Assembly: GCA_043228905.1 (NCBI GenBank) | Contig: JBHGNT010000128.1 | Location: 1-64,000, forward strand | From: Azolla caroliniana | Lineage: Eukaryota; Plantae; Polypodiophyta | Length of the DNA stretch: 64,000 bases | Direction: 5' to 3' | Shown: piece after piece, positions 38,131 through 51,096 of the stretch | How the letters are laid out: every line of letters begins with the position of its first letter | Position numbering within the stretch: the first letter of the stretch is position 1 | Translations under genes and position numbers: made by a program | Notes under the pieces: model-generated | What the model was told of the DNA's origin: nothing | The model's input: only the letters and a program-made list of their open reading frames with translations | The model's database searches: none

Positions 38131-40613
38131 GTGCTCTGGTTCCGGAAATCTCCGGGGGGCCCTTCTCTCTCTCTTAGAGGATATCTCCGTTCCAGAGCTT
38201 CGGTAACCGGCTGCTCCGTTTCCTCTTCATCCGAATCCATTTCGGGATCGGGGCCGGTTCCGGTATCAGTTTCATCTTCCTCGGCCGGTTCTGTTTCTTC
38301 ACCGTCTTCGGCCGGATCCTCGAGTGCTAACCGGTCCCTTGCCGGTCGGGACTGCTCCTCGTAGAGTTTATCCTCACCGGTCGACTTGGAGCTCTTCATC
38401 TTCTTCTCCGACTCCCAGTCGGCGAGTGTCTTGTCCTCCATGAAGATGATATCTCGACTCCTGAATATCTTCTTGTCGACCGGGTCCCATACTCGGTAGC
38501 CGAACTCGTCGTCGCCGTAACCGAGGAATATGCATGGCCGGGTCTTTGGATCTAACTTTCCTCTCCGGTCCTTTGCCACATGCACGTATGCGAGACACCC
38601 GAACACCTTCAGATGCCCGTAGGACACTTCCTTACCGGTCCACACCTTCTGCGGCGTGTCTCCGTCCAAAGGTACTGAGGGTGATCTATTTATCACATAC
38701 GTCGCCGTCGACATTGCCTCAGCCCAAAATCCCTTGGGTAATTTCGCATGCGCCAGCATACTCCGGACCCTCTCCATTATGGTCCGGTTCATCCTCTCGG
38801 CCAGCCCGTTCAGTTCCGGCGTCTTCGGCACAGTAAACTCGAGCCGGATTCCCTTCGAGCGACAGTACTCCTGGAACTGCCCCCGGTATTCCCCTCCGTT
38901 ATCCGCTCGTATCGCTTTCAGCTTCTTGCCGGATTCCCTTTCCACTCTCGCGTGGAGTTCTTTGAAGACGGACAATACTTGGTCCTTTGTCTTCAACGGT
39001 GCCGTCCACAACTTCCGGCTATGGTCATCTATGAATGTTACGAAGTATTGGGCTCCGCCATGTGACTTCGTTTCTACCTGACACACATCAGTGTGCACCA
39101 ACTCCAATGGTACACTACGTCTCGTCGGTGGCCTTGAGTGGAAGGAGGTTCGGTTCTGCTTACCGGCCAGGCAATCGGTGCACTTCTCCAGGTGCACATG
39201 CTTCACTGGAATAAGGTTGTCTTCTGCAAGCCTCTTCATCCCCTTCTCACTCATGTGGCACAGTCTCTTGTGCCACAGCTCACCGGCAGTGTCGGCTGCC
39301 ACGTTCAGCTCCTCCGGACATAGCCGGGAATTCATCAGGTACAGAGTGTTGACCTTCCGGGCCCGAGCCACTATCAGGCTCCCCTTGCTGAACTTCATGA
39401 CACCGTTCCGGATGCTACCCGTGTAGCCTTCATCATCTAGCCTCCCGGCCGAGATCAGGTTCAATCGGACCTCCGGAACGTGTCGAACATCCTTCAGCAG
39501 CATCTTGCATCCGGTTGATGTCATCAGCCACACGTCTCCTATGCCGGCAATCCGGCATGTACCTTCATTTCCCATCCGGACACAGCCGTGCTCACCAGCT
39601 GTGTAGGATGAGAAGTATTTCTTCTCCGGGGTCAGGTGGAACGACGCTCCGGAATCGACCACCCAGGTCATCTCTTCACCGGCAAGGTTCAGCTCCCTTT
39701 CTTCGGTAATGAGCATTATCTCTTCTTCACTTGCCGCGAGTGCCGTCGTTCCTTTCCGACCCTGCCCTCGCCGATCCGGACCTCTCCGGTCCGTGGCTCC
39801 CCGGTATGCGCCGTTTCGCTCCGGTGACATCTTCGAATCGGTGTCGTCGGCTCCGTTGTCCTTTCGGTAATGCCGACAATTCTTCCGGAAGTGCCCCGGC
39901 TTCCCACAGTGGAAGCACGTGGGCCTTCCTCTTGACTGCGACCGGGTCCCCGACTTCTCCCGTCTTTGCGGACTCCGGTTCCATTGTCTTCCCCGTTCCG
40001 ATTCGGTAAGCAGCGCCTTCGAGTCGGAGGCCGGTTCTTTATCTCTCCGACGCGCTTCTTCGTTCAAAATACTTGTCTTTACCGTTTGTAGGGACAAGTT
40101 ATCTTCCGTGCAGGAGGTGCTGAGTGTCGCCACCAAGTTCTCCCAGCTTTCCGGCAATGTACACATCGGAATGATGGCTTGCATTGCATCCTCCAACGGG
40201 AACTTGATCGCCGCAAGCTGGTTCACGAATCCCATGAACGTGCTTACGTGTTCCACCATACTCTCGCCGTCCCGGTACTTGAGGTTCACTATCTTTCTCA
40301 TCAGGGAGGTCCGGTTCAACGCATTCTTCCTCTCGTAGAGGCCCGACAGCTTCCTCCACATCTCATATGTGTTGGTGTCGTTCGCCACGTGTTGTAGAAC
40401 GCTCACGTCGACGTATTGCCGAATGGTTGCAACGGCTTTCCGGTTCAGAAGCCTCCACTCCGTCTCAAGTACCCCCTTGGGTATTTCCGACCTGTCGATC
40501 GGTTCATACAGGTCCCGAACAATGAGCAGATCCTCCATCTTTATCTTCCAGTCGGCGTAGTTCTACGCATTCAGCACCATCATCCCCGGCTGCCCGCTGC
40601 TGCCGCCTTCCAT
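38121..40613 (-). pseudogene. Copia gag-protease-integrase part of the polyprotein
   Basis: ATG at 40613 just after the PBS; in-frame TAG at codon 17 (40565-40563); CFHCGKPGHFRKNC knuckle, WVVDSGAS, WHKRLCH..CTDC, ADNGGEY; +2 frameshift in a GA run near 38165. Confidence 0.93.
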
Positions 40614-40644
40614 TTTCTGTGTTACCGTTGCTCTGATACCAATT

Positions 40645-41285
40645 TGTAGCAAAACAGTGCTCGGCCACAAACGAGGAACAGGATCGATTCACAGAAAACG
40701 GGAAATACAACAATGCACGAAAAACAATAGAGAGAAGGGCACACTGGATGTTTTACGTGGAAAACCCTAAATGGGAAAAACCACGGGAGTGCAAGACTCC
40801 AACTATCACTATACGCGGGAATGTACAATGGCGAGCTGCAAGGCGACGACCTTGAGCTCGCTGTCCTCGCCACAGGCGGCGGTATTACACAGAGGCGTCG
40901 ACCTCTTCCTTCCTCCTTCTCTCTCACTCTCTCTCGGCTGCTCTCACTTCGCTCCCTCTTAGTGAAAACAGAAAAATGGGCAACAACAACAAACTGTTTG
41001 CCCTAAGTCATATTTATACACATATGACTTTCGGGCTATTTACAAATATAGCCTCAAGGGCTCTTGGCAAACATATTCACAAATATGTCCCCGCATCCGG
41101 ATCTCTCTCCGGGTACATTCGTCATCTGGCTCCGTAACCGGGGTCTTCATCATCCGGATCCGTATCCGGGTACTCTTCGTCCGGCTTCATGCCGGGTACT
41201 CTTCATCATCCGGTTCCGTAACCGCAACCGGGCTTGCCGTCATTCATCTCCGGACATCCCATCCGGAGGGACCGAAATCCCAACA
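40645..41285 (-). repeat. 5' LTR of the full-length copia
   Basis: Followed on the minus strand by the PBS TGGTATCAGAGC. Confidence 0.96.
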
Positions 41286-42065
41286 CTTCCCACTCTTCTC
41301 TTTCATCTTCTTATTTCCACTCTCATGGTTCAAAACTCCAGCGGTTCTGCCCGGACACGCCAAGCTCTTATACGCGATGTGCTTTGACACGACATGGGAT
41401 GATGGTCGGAGCATGGAGGGACCAGATGAAAATAAAGATAGACGACTGTTCAACGGATGTATGGAATCAGTGGTCAAAACAAGCGGCGGAACTTCAACTG
41501 ATCCGGGCGGATGCTGAAAACGAAAAGAAAGCTGGCGACAATTTCTATAAGATGGATGAGGAAAGTATAGTCACCATCCAAGAAGAATTGTCGAATGATT
41601 TTTATGCCCTAACCGAAACACAATTAGAGGTCGTTCGGAAGCTCATCGACGGAATTGAAGATGACCAACTCCAAGTGCAACTATAGTTGGAAGGTTGTTA
41701 TGAGTGGGAGCGACGACGGAAGGAAGCAGAGAAAAAAGTGGAGTAGATCAATATTAGTTATGAAGATCAACAACCGGAGACAAGGGCTTCCACACAACAA
41801 CAACAACATCATCATCAACAGGTGGATGAGACGGAGACAATGCCGGGAACACAGACAGAAACGGGAGGAACAAAGTTGCAAGGGACACATCCGGATCAGC
41901 AACTGGAAACAGAGCCGGACACACACAGAGCGGAGCAGACAGCAGGAGTAGGACCGGAGCCAGAGCCAAGGGAGAAGCAACCGAAACCGAAGATGGAGCA
42001 GCAGCATCAAAGGACGGAAACAGAGAAGGAACCACTCAAACCCCATGGGTTCGACGTGCAAGGCA

Positions 42066-42709
42066 TGTTGGGATTTCGGTCCCTCCGGATGGGATGTCCG
42101 GAGATGAATGACGGCAAGCCCGGAGGCTGTTACGGAACCGTATGATGAAGAGTACCCGGCATGAAGCCGGATGAAGAGTACCCGGTTACGGAGCCGGATG
42201 CTGAAGACCCCGGTTACGGAGCCGGATGACGTATGTACCCGGAGAGAGATCCGGATGCGGGGACATATCTGTGAATATGTTTGCCAAGTGCCCTTGAGGC
42301 TATATTTGTAAATAGCCCGAAAGTCATATGTGTATAAATATGACTTAGGGCAAACAGTTTTGTTTGTTGTTGCTCATTTTCTGTTTTCCACTAAGAGGGA
42401 GCGAAGTGAGAGCAGCCGAGAGAGAGTGAGAGAACGAAGAGGAAGGAAGAGGTCGACGCCTCTGTGTAATACCGCCGCCTGTGGCGAGGACAGCGAGCTC
42501 AAGGTCGTCGCCTTGCAGCTCGCCATTGTACATTCCCGCGCATAGTGATAGTTGGAGTCTTGCACTCCCGTGGTTTTTCCCATTTAGGGTTTTCCACGTA
42601 AAACATCCAGTGTACCCTTCTCTCTATTGTTTTTCGTGCATTCTTGTACTTCCCGTTTTCTGTGAATCGATCCTGTTCCTCGGTGGTGGCCGAGCACTGA
42701 ATTGCGACA
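42066..42709 (+). mobile_element. Solo LTR (644 bp), same family as the full-length copia, opposite orientation
   Basis: TGTTGGGATTTCGGTCCC...GCGACA; TSD AGGCA (42061-42065, 42710-42714); reverse complement of 40645-41285 with moderate divergence. Confidence 0.95.
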
Positions 42710-43153
42710 AGGCATTGTCCCACAGGCGTGCCAAGTGTTGGCCCTAAGAGTATGACCCGGAGGAGAAGTGTGGACAGGGAAGAGATGGATCAAATGAATA
42801 TTATGTAAAGAGTAGTAAATAATTATTAAGGAAAGGACGGATCCGGTTAGTTGTACTGATCCGAATCCACACTTATTAGTAGCCGGTATCCAGTAAGGCA
42901 TCGTTTTGTAAACTCATACCAGATGCCTATAAAAGGATCCGGATTGATGTATAAATCTTCATGTTAAACTCGTACCAGAACCTACAAATTCCTACATGTT
43001 ATATATAATTGTTGGATGGTTCTTCACACTAATGGAGACAAACTTCTTGGAGGATATTGTCATGAACAGTACTGAGACAGAGAAGGAATTAGTACTAAAC
43101 GAAGGATTAGTACTATGAGAGGTGTGGAACTTCTTCGAGAGAAGGAAGAAGTG

Positions 43154-43192
<39 letters not shown>

Positions 43193-43427
43193 GAGAGAGA
43201 GAGTGATGATAAGAAAGATATTTATTATATGAAGAGAATATACAACGGTGGCTAAAAGGCTTAAGACTGGCGTTGAACCAATTTGGTTCAACATAATGCC
43301 TAGTGCCCTCTTTTATAGTGTTTTCAGGAGTAATCCTGAAGCTTCTAGAATGTTCCAGAGAAATCTGGAATATACACTAATTTCCTATAATAAAATGTAA
43401 ATGAAAATAATATCCTACGTATTACAA

Positions 43428-43495
43428 TAGATGTTCTAATGGTCAAGAGCTCGACCCATATAACCTAAGGTCATGGGTTCGAGTCTTGCCATATC
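43428..43495 (+). pseudogene. tRNA-like remnant (possible tRNA-Met-derived SINE head or pseudo-tRNA)
   Basis: TAATGGTC A-box-like motif, CCCATATAAC anticodon-like loop, GGTTCGAGTC B-box; no convincing acceptor stem. Confidence 0.4.
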
Positions 43496-44504
43496 ATGAC
43501 AGATATAGCATGATAAACACAAAGTCATACATTCTATTAAAAATTTCCACTCCAATTCCATCATAAATACAATTCACCAAAAAAATACTTAATCATTTTT
43601 TATGCAAACTTATTACCTCCCTAAAGTCTAAAGTGTTCATTCTAACTATTGTGATAATAAATTTGTCTACCTCTATTAATTCAACTTTGAACTTTTAATC
43701 ATTGTTTACTCATATTTATTACCTCTATAAACTCTAATGTGCCCATTTTAATTATTATAATAATCAAATTTCTACCTCTATTAATGCAACTTAAAACTTT
43801 TTAACCTTCAATCCACAAATTCATAATTGTATGCGACTCCAATTTAGTGGAGAAATTAGCTTTCTTTCCAAGGCTCTAGTGTGGAACTGCATTTAGTATA
43901 GCAATTTGAACCACTTATATAGGATCAAAATATCTATTTTGCTAATGATAAAAATTTGATTGATGATATCAAGTACCAAGCCCAAGCTCATTGACGAATG
44001 TCTCTTGTTGTTAAGACCATCAATGCGAGAAGCATATATACTGGAGATGTTTTTCAATTGCATTTGCATCTTTTGGAGAAAGCAGCTAAATTAAGTCTTG
44101 TTTTGGATGAAATCTCACCTAGAATTAGGTATCTCTAGGTGAGGAGCAATGCTTGTAGCATCAAGTGGTATCCATGTATGACATATGTCTGCTAAAAGTC
44201 CTCTACTTGAGGTAGTCATAAGTGGTGGGAACATGTCTCATCCCAGACTTACTTGTGGACTTATACATGAACTTCACCAGATTAGAGTAATGGTTATGTG
44301 ATGGTGGACAAACCCCTCTCTAGATGTTAGTTTTGAAGACCAATCGAATATAGTTCTCTATGGAGGATCACAAGATAGATAATAAATTAGGATGTGTGTA
44401 TCTAAAGCAAAAGTAAAGGTGCTAGACACAGTATTATATATCCCACATATAAAGACAAGTTTGGGTGTCGCCTATAACAAGCAAAGCAGGGCGATGGGCA
44501 AATC

Positions 44505-44708
44505 ATACCTTTCTCGGCCTTTTGGCTAAGATCAAGTGTAGTATCTGTTCTTATCAGTTTAATATCTGATACGTGGCCTATAAGGCCACATGATATTAAC
44601 CTAATTTCTTTCATGGGGGCAGCTCCTGCCCGAGACAGCTTGCTGTCTTTGGGAGCTGCGTGCGTCGCCTCAGTCTTGCACTGCCTCTGAGGTAATACAG
44701 GCGCGCCC
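44505..44708 (+). ncRNA. U2: U2 snRNA gene (block type A, copy 2)
   Basis: Paralog of 461-664 with a few SNPs; USE and TATA retained. Confidence 0.96.
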
Positions 44709-45553
44709 CCCCCCTTTCAAACTATAATTCTAAAAGAATCGTATACTGTAAGATATGGCGGGCTCTTCAATTTTAAAGGGAAAATGCAACAGACTGAATT
44801 GGCCCATGCCTCTTCGATTTCATCAATCTTAAGAAACACTAGTTTACAGGAAAGCTTCGGCTCTGTTGATCCTGATATTATATTATATTTCATTGACCAC
44901 AAACCACAATCCGTAGGAACAGATAGGAAGTTAAATGGATGCGCAGCAACACCACATTATAGACAGGATCTGACGAATGTGCCACATGTAGAGCAGGATA
45001 TATGCTTGGCGGCGAGAGGAAGGGCCGACAGATTTATATACATCTGACCGACTTGGCCCATGGCTCACAGCAGAGACAAAACGTAGTTTTGCGATTATTG
45101 ATCATTGTTATATATATTTACATACCTTAGAGAGGGTTTCTTAAGACAGTTTTTGATTGGATGCCTTGGACAGATTTCAACCACGTTCGGAGTTAAGTTA
45201 CGGACGAAGTGAGTAGAAGACACCATGCATCAGACAAAAGTATAGTGACTGACATATATATGGGGGAGTTAGATGAGATGGACACACAAACGTCGTTATG
45301 CATATACATACATGGAGGTGCACATGGAAAAAGGATGTTAGGATGAGAGAGGCCGACAGATACATAAAAATATTAGATCTGGCAACCTTGCCTCATACCA
45401 TTTCCACCTCGTGGCTCACACGGCAAAAGTGAGAACTAGATATAATAACATAACCACCATGAGAACAATGATTTAGTGAATCATGTTCAAATCCTTGTTG
45501 ATTGGATAAACTCACTGTCTGTTGAATTATCGTGTTACATCCAATTGAGAAGG

Positions 45554-45714
45554 GAGCCGCGCGAACGCGAGCCCCCGCTGCCACAAATTATGACGTGCAC
45601 TCTCCCACATTGGGGAGATGCTAGAGCAAACAGCCCCTCCGATAGTGCAATGGAGGCGCCGGCTCTAAGCCATCGGCCTTGATGATCACCGATAGACCCC
45701 GCCCAGGTAAGTAT
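45554..45714 (-). ncRNA. U1: U1 snRNA gene (block type A, copy 2)
   Basis: Paralog of 1535-1695; loop I GATCATCAAG; one substitution in the terminal stem. Confidence 0.94.
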
Positions 45715-48700
45715 GTTCCACCTTCCCTAAGCGCCTTCATTTTATAGACAACTCGCTTTGTTGCCTTTGTATGTGGGACAATTCTAATCTAATCTTTCAC
45801 AATGCTGTTCATTGTATTTTTATTCTCACTATGACGATACGCACACTCCTTCCTTACTAACTAACCATCCCATTCCACCTCCTATACATATGTATATGTA
45901 TGTACACAATCAATCTAGGGTGAACACTGAACCCCACTATTATTTGAGGGTGGGTGAGGTGTGTGCCTCTAACCTCGCCCCGTACTTGCTTTGCCCCTTC
46001 ATGTCTCACATCTTGGACCTTGGTTCCTGTCTATATATGTATATAGAGATATCACACCTCATACACACCCAATTCAGCTCGATTTTCATTTATATACATA
46101 TGTTACGTACAATGTTTGGAGACCAAGGTTGTGACGTACAAACCAAGCACTAATGGAAGGGGTTACAAAAGTTGTTGAGTATCGTGGGAAGGAAACACCA
46201 ATATATTATGCACATACAACCAAACACCCTTGCACTCCATGACCACCATTTGCGAGATGTGATCCCCCCATCGACTTATAAACGAACACGGTTGAGAAGG
46301 CATTTGTGTTGCAACAGTTGCCAACAAGTTGCGAGCTTTGGAGGAAAGGGAAGAGGAAGTGCAACGGATGAGCATGCCAAAATGAAAAACTCTAGGTTCA
46401 TAAAACCGCTTGAAATGTAGTGATGTGGTGGATCTCGACCAAATGTCTCCTTTGTCAAATCTTCAATCAATAAATACGGTATTGAAACACATCTATGTAA
46501 GGTTAAGGCTATTCTTGAAGCCCAAGGCCAAGAAATGTTGAGTAGGCTTGCAAGGCAAATCCTGCCACTCTATTGAAGACTTCAATGACATGGACATTGG
46601 TTGGGTAAAAACCATATCCAAGACTAATGCGCGTGTTCTTGAAAGCATTAAAGGATCAACCACTATACTAGAATAAAGGGTTCCATGTTTTTGCAAGACG
46701 CATCCAATATGGTAGTGAAAATCATACTTGTTTAGCCATATGATCTGATGTGGTATTGGCCAACGTACTACCGAAAAATGTTGTCGTAATTACTAGTCAA
46801 TAACAGTTTAGTTTGTGAACCAAACCAAACCACGAAACCAGGGCTTAACAGTTAAAACGATTTGGTTCCAGTTCAAGTTTTTGTAATCGGTTCGGATTGG
46901 GGGGTCAACACTTCAGTTTGAGCCGTTTTCAACTTAATGGTTTCTAGTATAAACGGTTTGACAATTTAGGGTCGATACTTGATTATTTTCTTGAATATTG
47001 CTTTCACCAACCTTTTCATTTTTAGGCCTAATTTTCGCATTTTAGGAAAAATATTTAAAATTTTGAAATGTTGAAAGTTTTGAATTTAAACCGAACTTGA
47101 AGACCGAAACCAAACCGTGAAAATGTGGTTTGAAAATCTCTAAAACCATTTGGTTTGAGTTTGGATTTTTTGTAACAATTCAGTTTGAACTATTTGGGTT
47201 TAAACGTTTGTTAGGTGAAAGCAAGTAGGCAATGTTGCCTCAATGTTACTTGAATGTATGTTGGCTCTAACAATATTCTTTTTAGCTTCCTTACCAAAAA
47301 GTTGTCCTATCAAGAAGATCATATTAGAGCCAATATAGACAATTGGAACGGTTTTATTTTGAGCTTCCTATGAGGTAGCTAGACAACCCACCGTTTTTAG
47401 TGTACGAGCAACAAACAATTGTGCCAATGCAATTTTTAGTACCTAGACTACATATCGATGAAGGGGCTTAAAAAATGAAGGGCCTAAACCCTAAAGCTTG
47501 TGCATTCCCATCTCTGACCATTCTTTCGCATAATCCATGAGCATGGCTAACCAACCTAACCTAACCTAAACCGAAGTAGACAATGGAAAATATAAAAAAT
47601 TGTGGCATTATTACACACATACCAAAATTTGATTGTAAAAAATGAGTGCATGTCCCCTAGGACCCATGGTAGCATATATTTGGAAGATATAGGAGCCAGC
47701 TATACATTAGGGTTTGGAAGACATGTCCTAATGTATCCAAACCACTTCCTGAAATTCAACTTGATGAGTAGAATTGCCCTTCACACATGTCAAGCCATGA
47801 CCCACAAAATAACCTGTATTAATAAGCCAGATTATGAACATTCCAAATTTTATAAGAGAATGTCATGATTAGACATAACAAACCCTAAAGGAATTCTCAG
47901 AGTAAAAACCTAAACAAACGAGATTGGATTCGATTTACATAAGAATTTGGATTTGGGAGCAAGGAGCAGGAAAGAGATAGAAGATGCTAAGGATCTGTAT
48001 AGGTAACAAGTTAATACGACCTGCAACATTGGGTTAATTAAAGGGCCAGTTCATAGATCAGCAGTCATTAATACGCTTGGAAAGAATTAAACACAGAGAA
48101 TCTGGATTAAAGCCTTGTTTAGGACATTTACCTGATGTACTTACTATTGGCAGGGGCGCTATGCTGCTGATAAAGAACACAGAAAGCAGTGACTTTCTAA
48201 CTGGGAGTATGTAACACAGCTTTATTCGTCCTTGAGAGCTTTTTTCTTTGTTCTGTTTCTCTTCTTGGTAGTAAGTAATCAATGGAGTCTACTCGAGGTC
48301 CAGACAGACCTAATCTTCTTCTCTTTCTCCTTATAGATTGCCTATGCATCATCAAATTCCTTCCCAAATCCCTTCATCTCTTCGCAGAGCTTCAAAGGTC
48401 TGAGATAGTGCAGAAAGCATGAGAAGCTTCTGAAGGAACATTGAAAGATTCTAGCTTTTTACTGACAGGGTACTAATTCATAGTTGATGGTTTGTTAGGA
48501 AAAATGCAGGATTTCTTAGTGTTTCCCGTATACAAAACCCAGTTACACTTACTGACAATCTGGTATAATTCAAAATCACCAGTTTCATTCCATCAATTCT
48601 CTCATTTCTTTCCTTTCCTTTCCATTCCATTCTTCTTATATATCTCATTTCTTTCCTTTTACTTTCCTTTCATTCTTTTGATAGCTGATCCAGATTGAAG

Positions 48701-50937
48701 GTCTTTGCATACATGTTTACCTACACATTCCCCATTGCTACCTTGTGGAAATTAGCATTCTTCTCACTCAAATTCATTCTATTAATCCATCTCGTTCCGT
48801 TCCATTCCATTTTTAGAGTAATACATACATTACTTTAGTGACCCTCATTTTTCACCATACATTACTTCTTGTTTGGTGCTCTACATGTGAACATACATGT
48901 ATCAAGGGAATGTATGTGTCGAATAGAAATGCAGAAACATTCTACTAAATCTTTACTAATTTCCTACTTCATCTCATGACTTTCTTGCATTCTCTCACAA
49001 TCTCCAAATGGTGAATAAGAGACTCATCTGATTAGTTTGCATATGGTATGCGTTGTCAAACAAGAACAAAGAAAGCACAATATGAGAAGAATGTAATTAG
49101 AATGATCCCCTCTTTCAATTATACACCATTTTGAATCCTATAGAGAAGATACATTAGACAATGTATACTACCATGCAAGCAATGACCATGCATATAGTTG
49201 ATTTGGCCAACAATTTATCAATGTTGAGCCCATTAAGTCATCGTTATTTGGTTTGTAAATATTTGCCAATTCATACACTAAATCTGTAAGCGTAATCAAG
49301 TAGATGGATGCAATCACACAAATATAAACCCCCAACCTTATATGAGGCTCAAAATTATGAGATTTGGAATACCGTTAGAGGAAATTAAAAATGACAGATT
49401 GACCCAGAGCACGTTCTGGCAAACACTAGAAATGGAGGCCTCGAGAACAAGAACTGACCACTTCTCTACATATGGGCTAAGGATGTGTTGTAAGGGGATG
49501 AGTATGTTGCTTGGGCTATTTTCGTTAGTAATGTGTGTGAAGTACCAAGATGTTATGGAAGGCATCAAGGTTTGTGATGAATCAAATGATACACTTACAT
49601 TCTGTTTTGACAAAAATATGCAACAATTTGCCCAATGTGTGGACAAATTATTCAGATTTAATGCAAATTCAATCCTTTTTTATCAAACGCAATTATGGTT
49701 CCAAAAAGAGTTATTGGTGGGTTGTTTCGTTGACATTGTTGTGTTTTTTATCATATCGGGCACGCTCATAATGACATTTTTTGGGTATACATAACATGAA
49801 ACAATCTCTCTGAAACTGGGAACTGCGCTTCGATTTTGAAAGACTGAATAGGCTTGAGATTATTAGTTTGGAAGCTTCAAGTTAGAGTAGATATGGCAAA
49901 AATCTACACCAGAATAAGAAGAAGAGTTAAGTATGATGAATCTATGAGAGAGAGAGAGATGGTTAGATCTTCCAGGATTTGATAGGAAAAAGGTGCAACG
50001 AATTTTTGAGCTAAACTTCTTTTTACCCCTTTTCATTGGGTATCTGTTATATATCCTTTGATTTAAGACATCAGGCTAAGGACACAAACAGTGTCATTAG
50101 ATTTTACTGGAAACTGATGCGGGACACCAGATCCTCTTATGCAATAAAGATATGGATACCAGAAACCCTAGCAAACAACCAAGATGTTATGTGCAAAGCA
50201 CAATATGATTCTGTTAGACAATGTAAATGCACATGACAGTCATTCTCTTTGCTGGAAAATGCAGTGATGAATTAGCCATCATAGATCACTTCTGTAATTA
50301 AGCAAAAGCTATAAGCTATGGCCCCTTAACTAAAAGAGATTTGGTACCTATAATAAGGCCCTCTTTAGTTGGATAAGAATCATTGCAACATCGAGAGATG
50401 AATTGAAGAAGAAACAGGCAACAAGGGAATGGTTTAATGGAAAGAAATAAGGAGAGTCATCATAATAATAGTGGCAACAGTAATGGCAAGTACACGAACT
50501 TGGTTACCTCAACATCTAAATCAAAAAATGTACATTTTTCCATGACAAAATTACATTGAACCAAATTGAAATTATGTTCCAAATATTCAGAAACAACAAT
50601 ATTCATCAAGAAAAATCAGATTTCTAAGTCTTTCTTTATTTCATACAAAAGTTATGTAAACGCATTTCCCAGCTGTTTGATAAGAAACGCAAGTTTGTTC
50701 AATTTACAATGTTGGGACACAACAATGGAAACGAGATGATATGCCGCAATAACTCAGACACTTGTACACACCAGGGACATACAGATAAAATCAGCTAGAA
50801 TATAACAGAAATCAGTATCCAAATCATTTACTTCGCCAGTACAGCAACAGGAATCGATTCTCTAGCATCACCAGGAAAGAATCATTGTAGCCACTCAAAT
50901 CGTTCCGTTCATCTATCATTTTCATAAGGATTTTTCA

Positions 50938-51096
50938 GAGGCCCACTCCTCCGGAGAGGAGCAAGGGCCTTTGCAAAAATTCTCCGAGGCTCCTTTAGCA
51001 GGAGCCGGGGAGGGGGGTTGGAAATAGTTTTCAACCAGCAATTGACGCGTCTCGGGAAGCCCTCACTAACTGCGTCATTGCCCCAAGCGCAAAGAT
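50938..51096 (-). ncRNA. U4: U4 snRNA gene (copy 2)
   Basis: Paralog of 7378-7536; USE and TATA at identical spacing. Confidence 0.95.

Larger units (their letters stand above)
35887..41285 (-). mobile_element. Full-length Ty1/copia LTR retrotransposon (5399 bp), recent insertion
   Basis: Two 641-bp LTRs (35887-36527, 40645-41285) with TG..CA ends and about 4 differences; TSD CTTCC (35882-35886, 41286-41290); PBS TGGTATCAGAGC (tRNA-iMet) at 40641-40630; PPT AGGGGGAG next to the 3' LTR. Confidence 0.98.

Noticed and set aside
42997-43426. Possible additional solo LTR (TG...CA ends, GA microsatellite, minus-strand TATA)
   Set aside because: No matching TSD and no second copy in the window.
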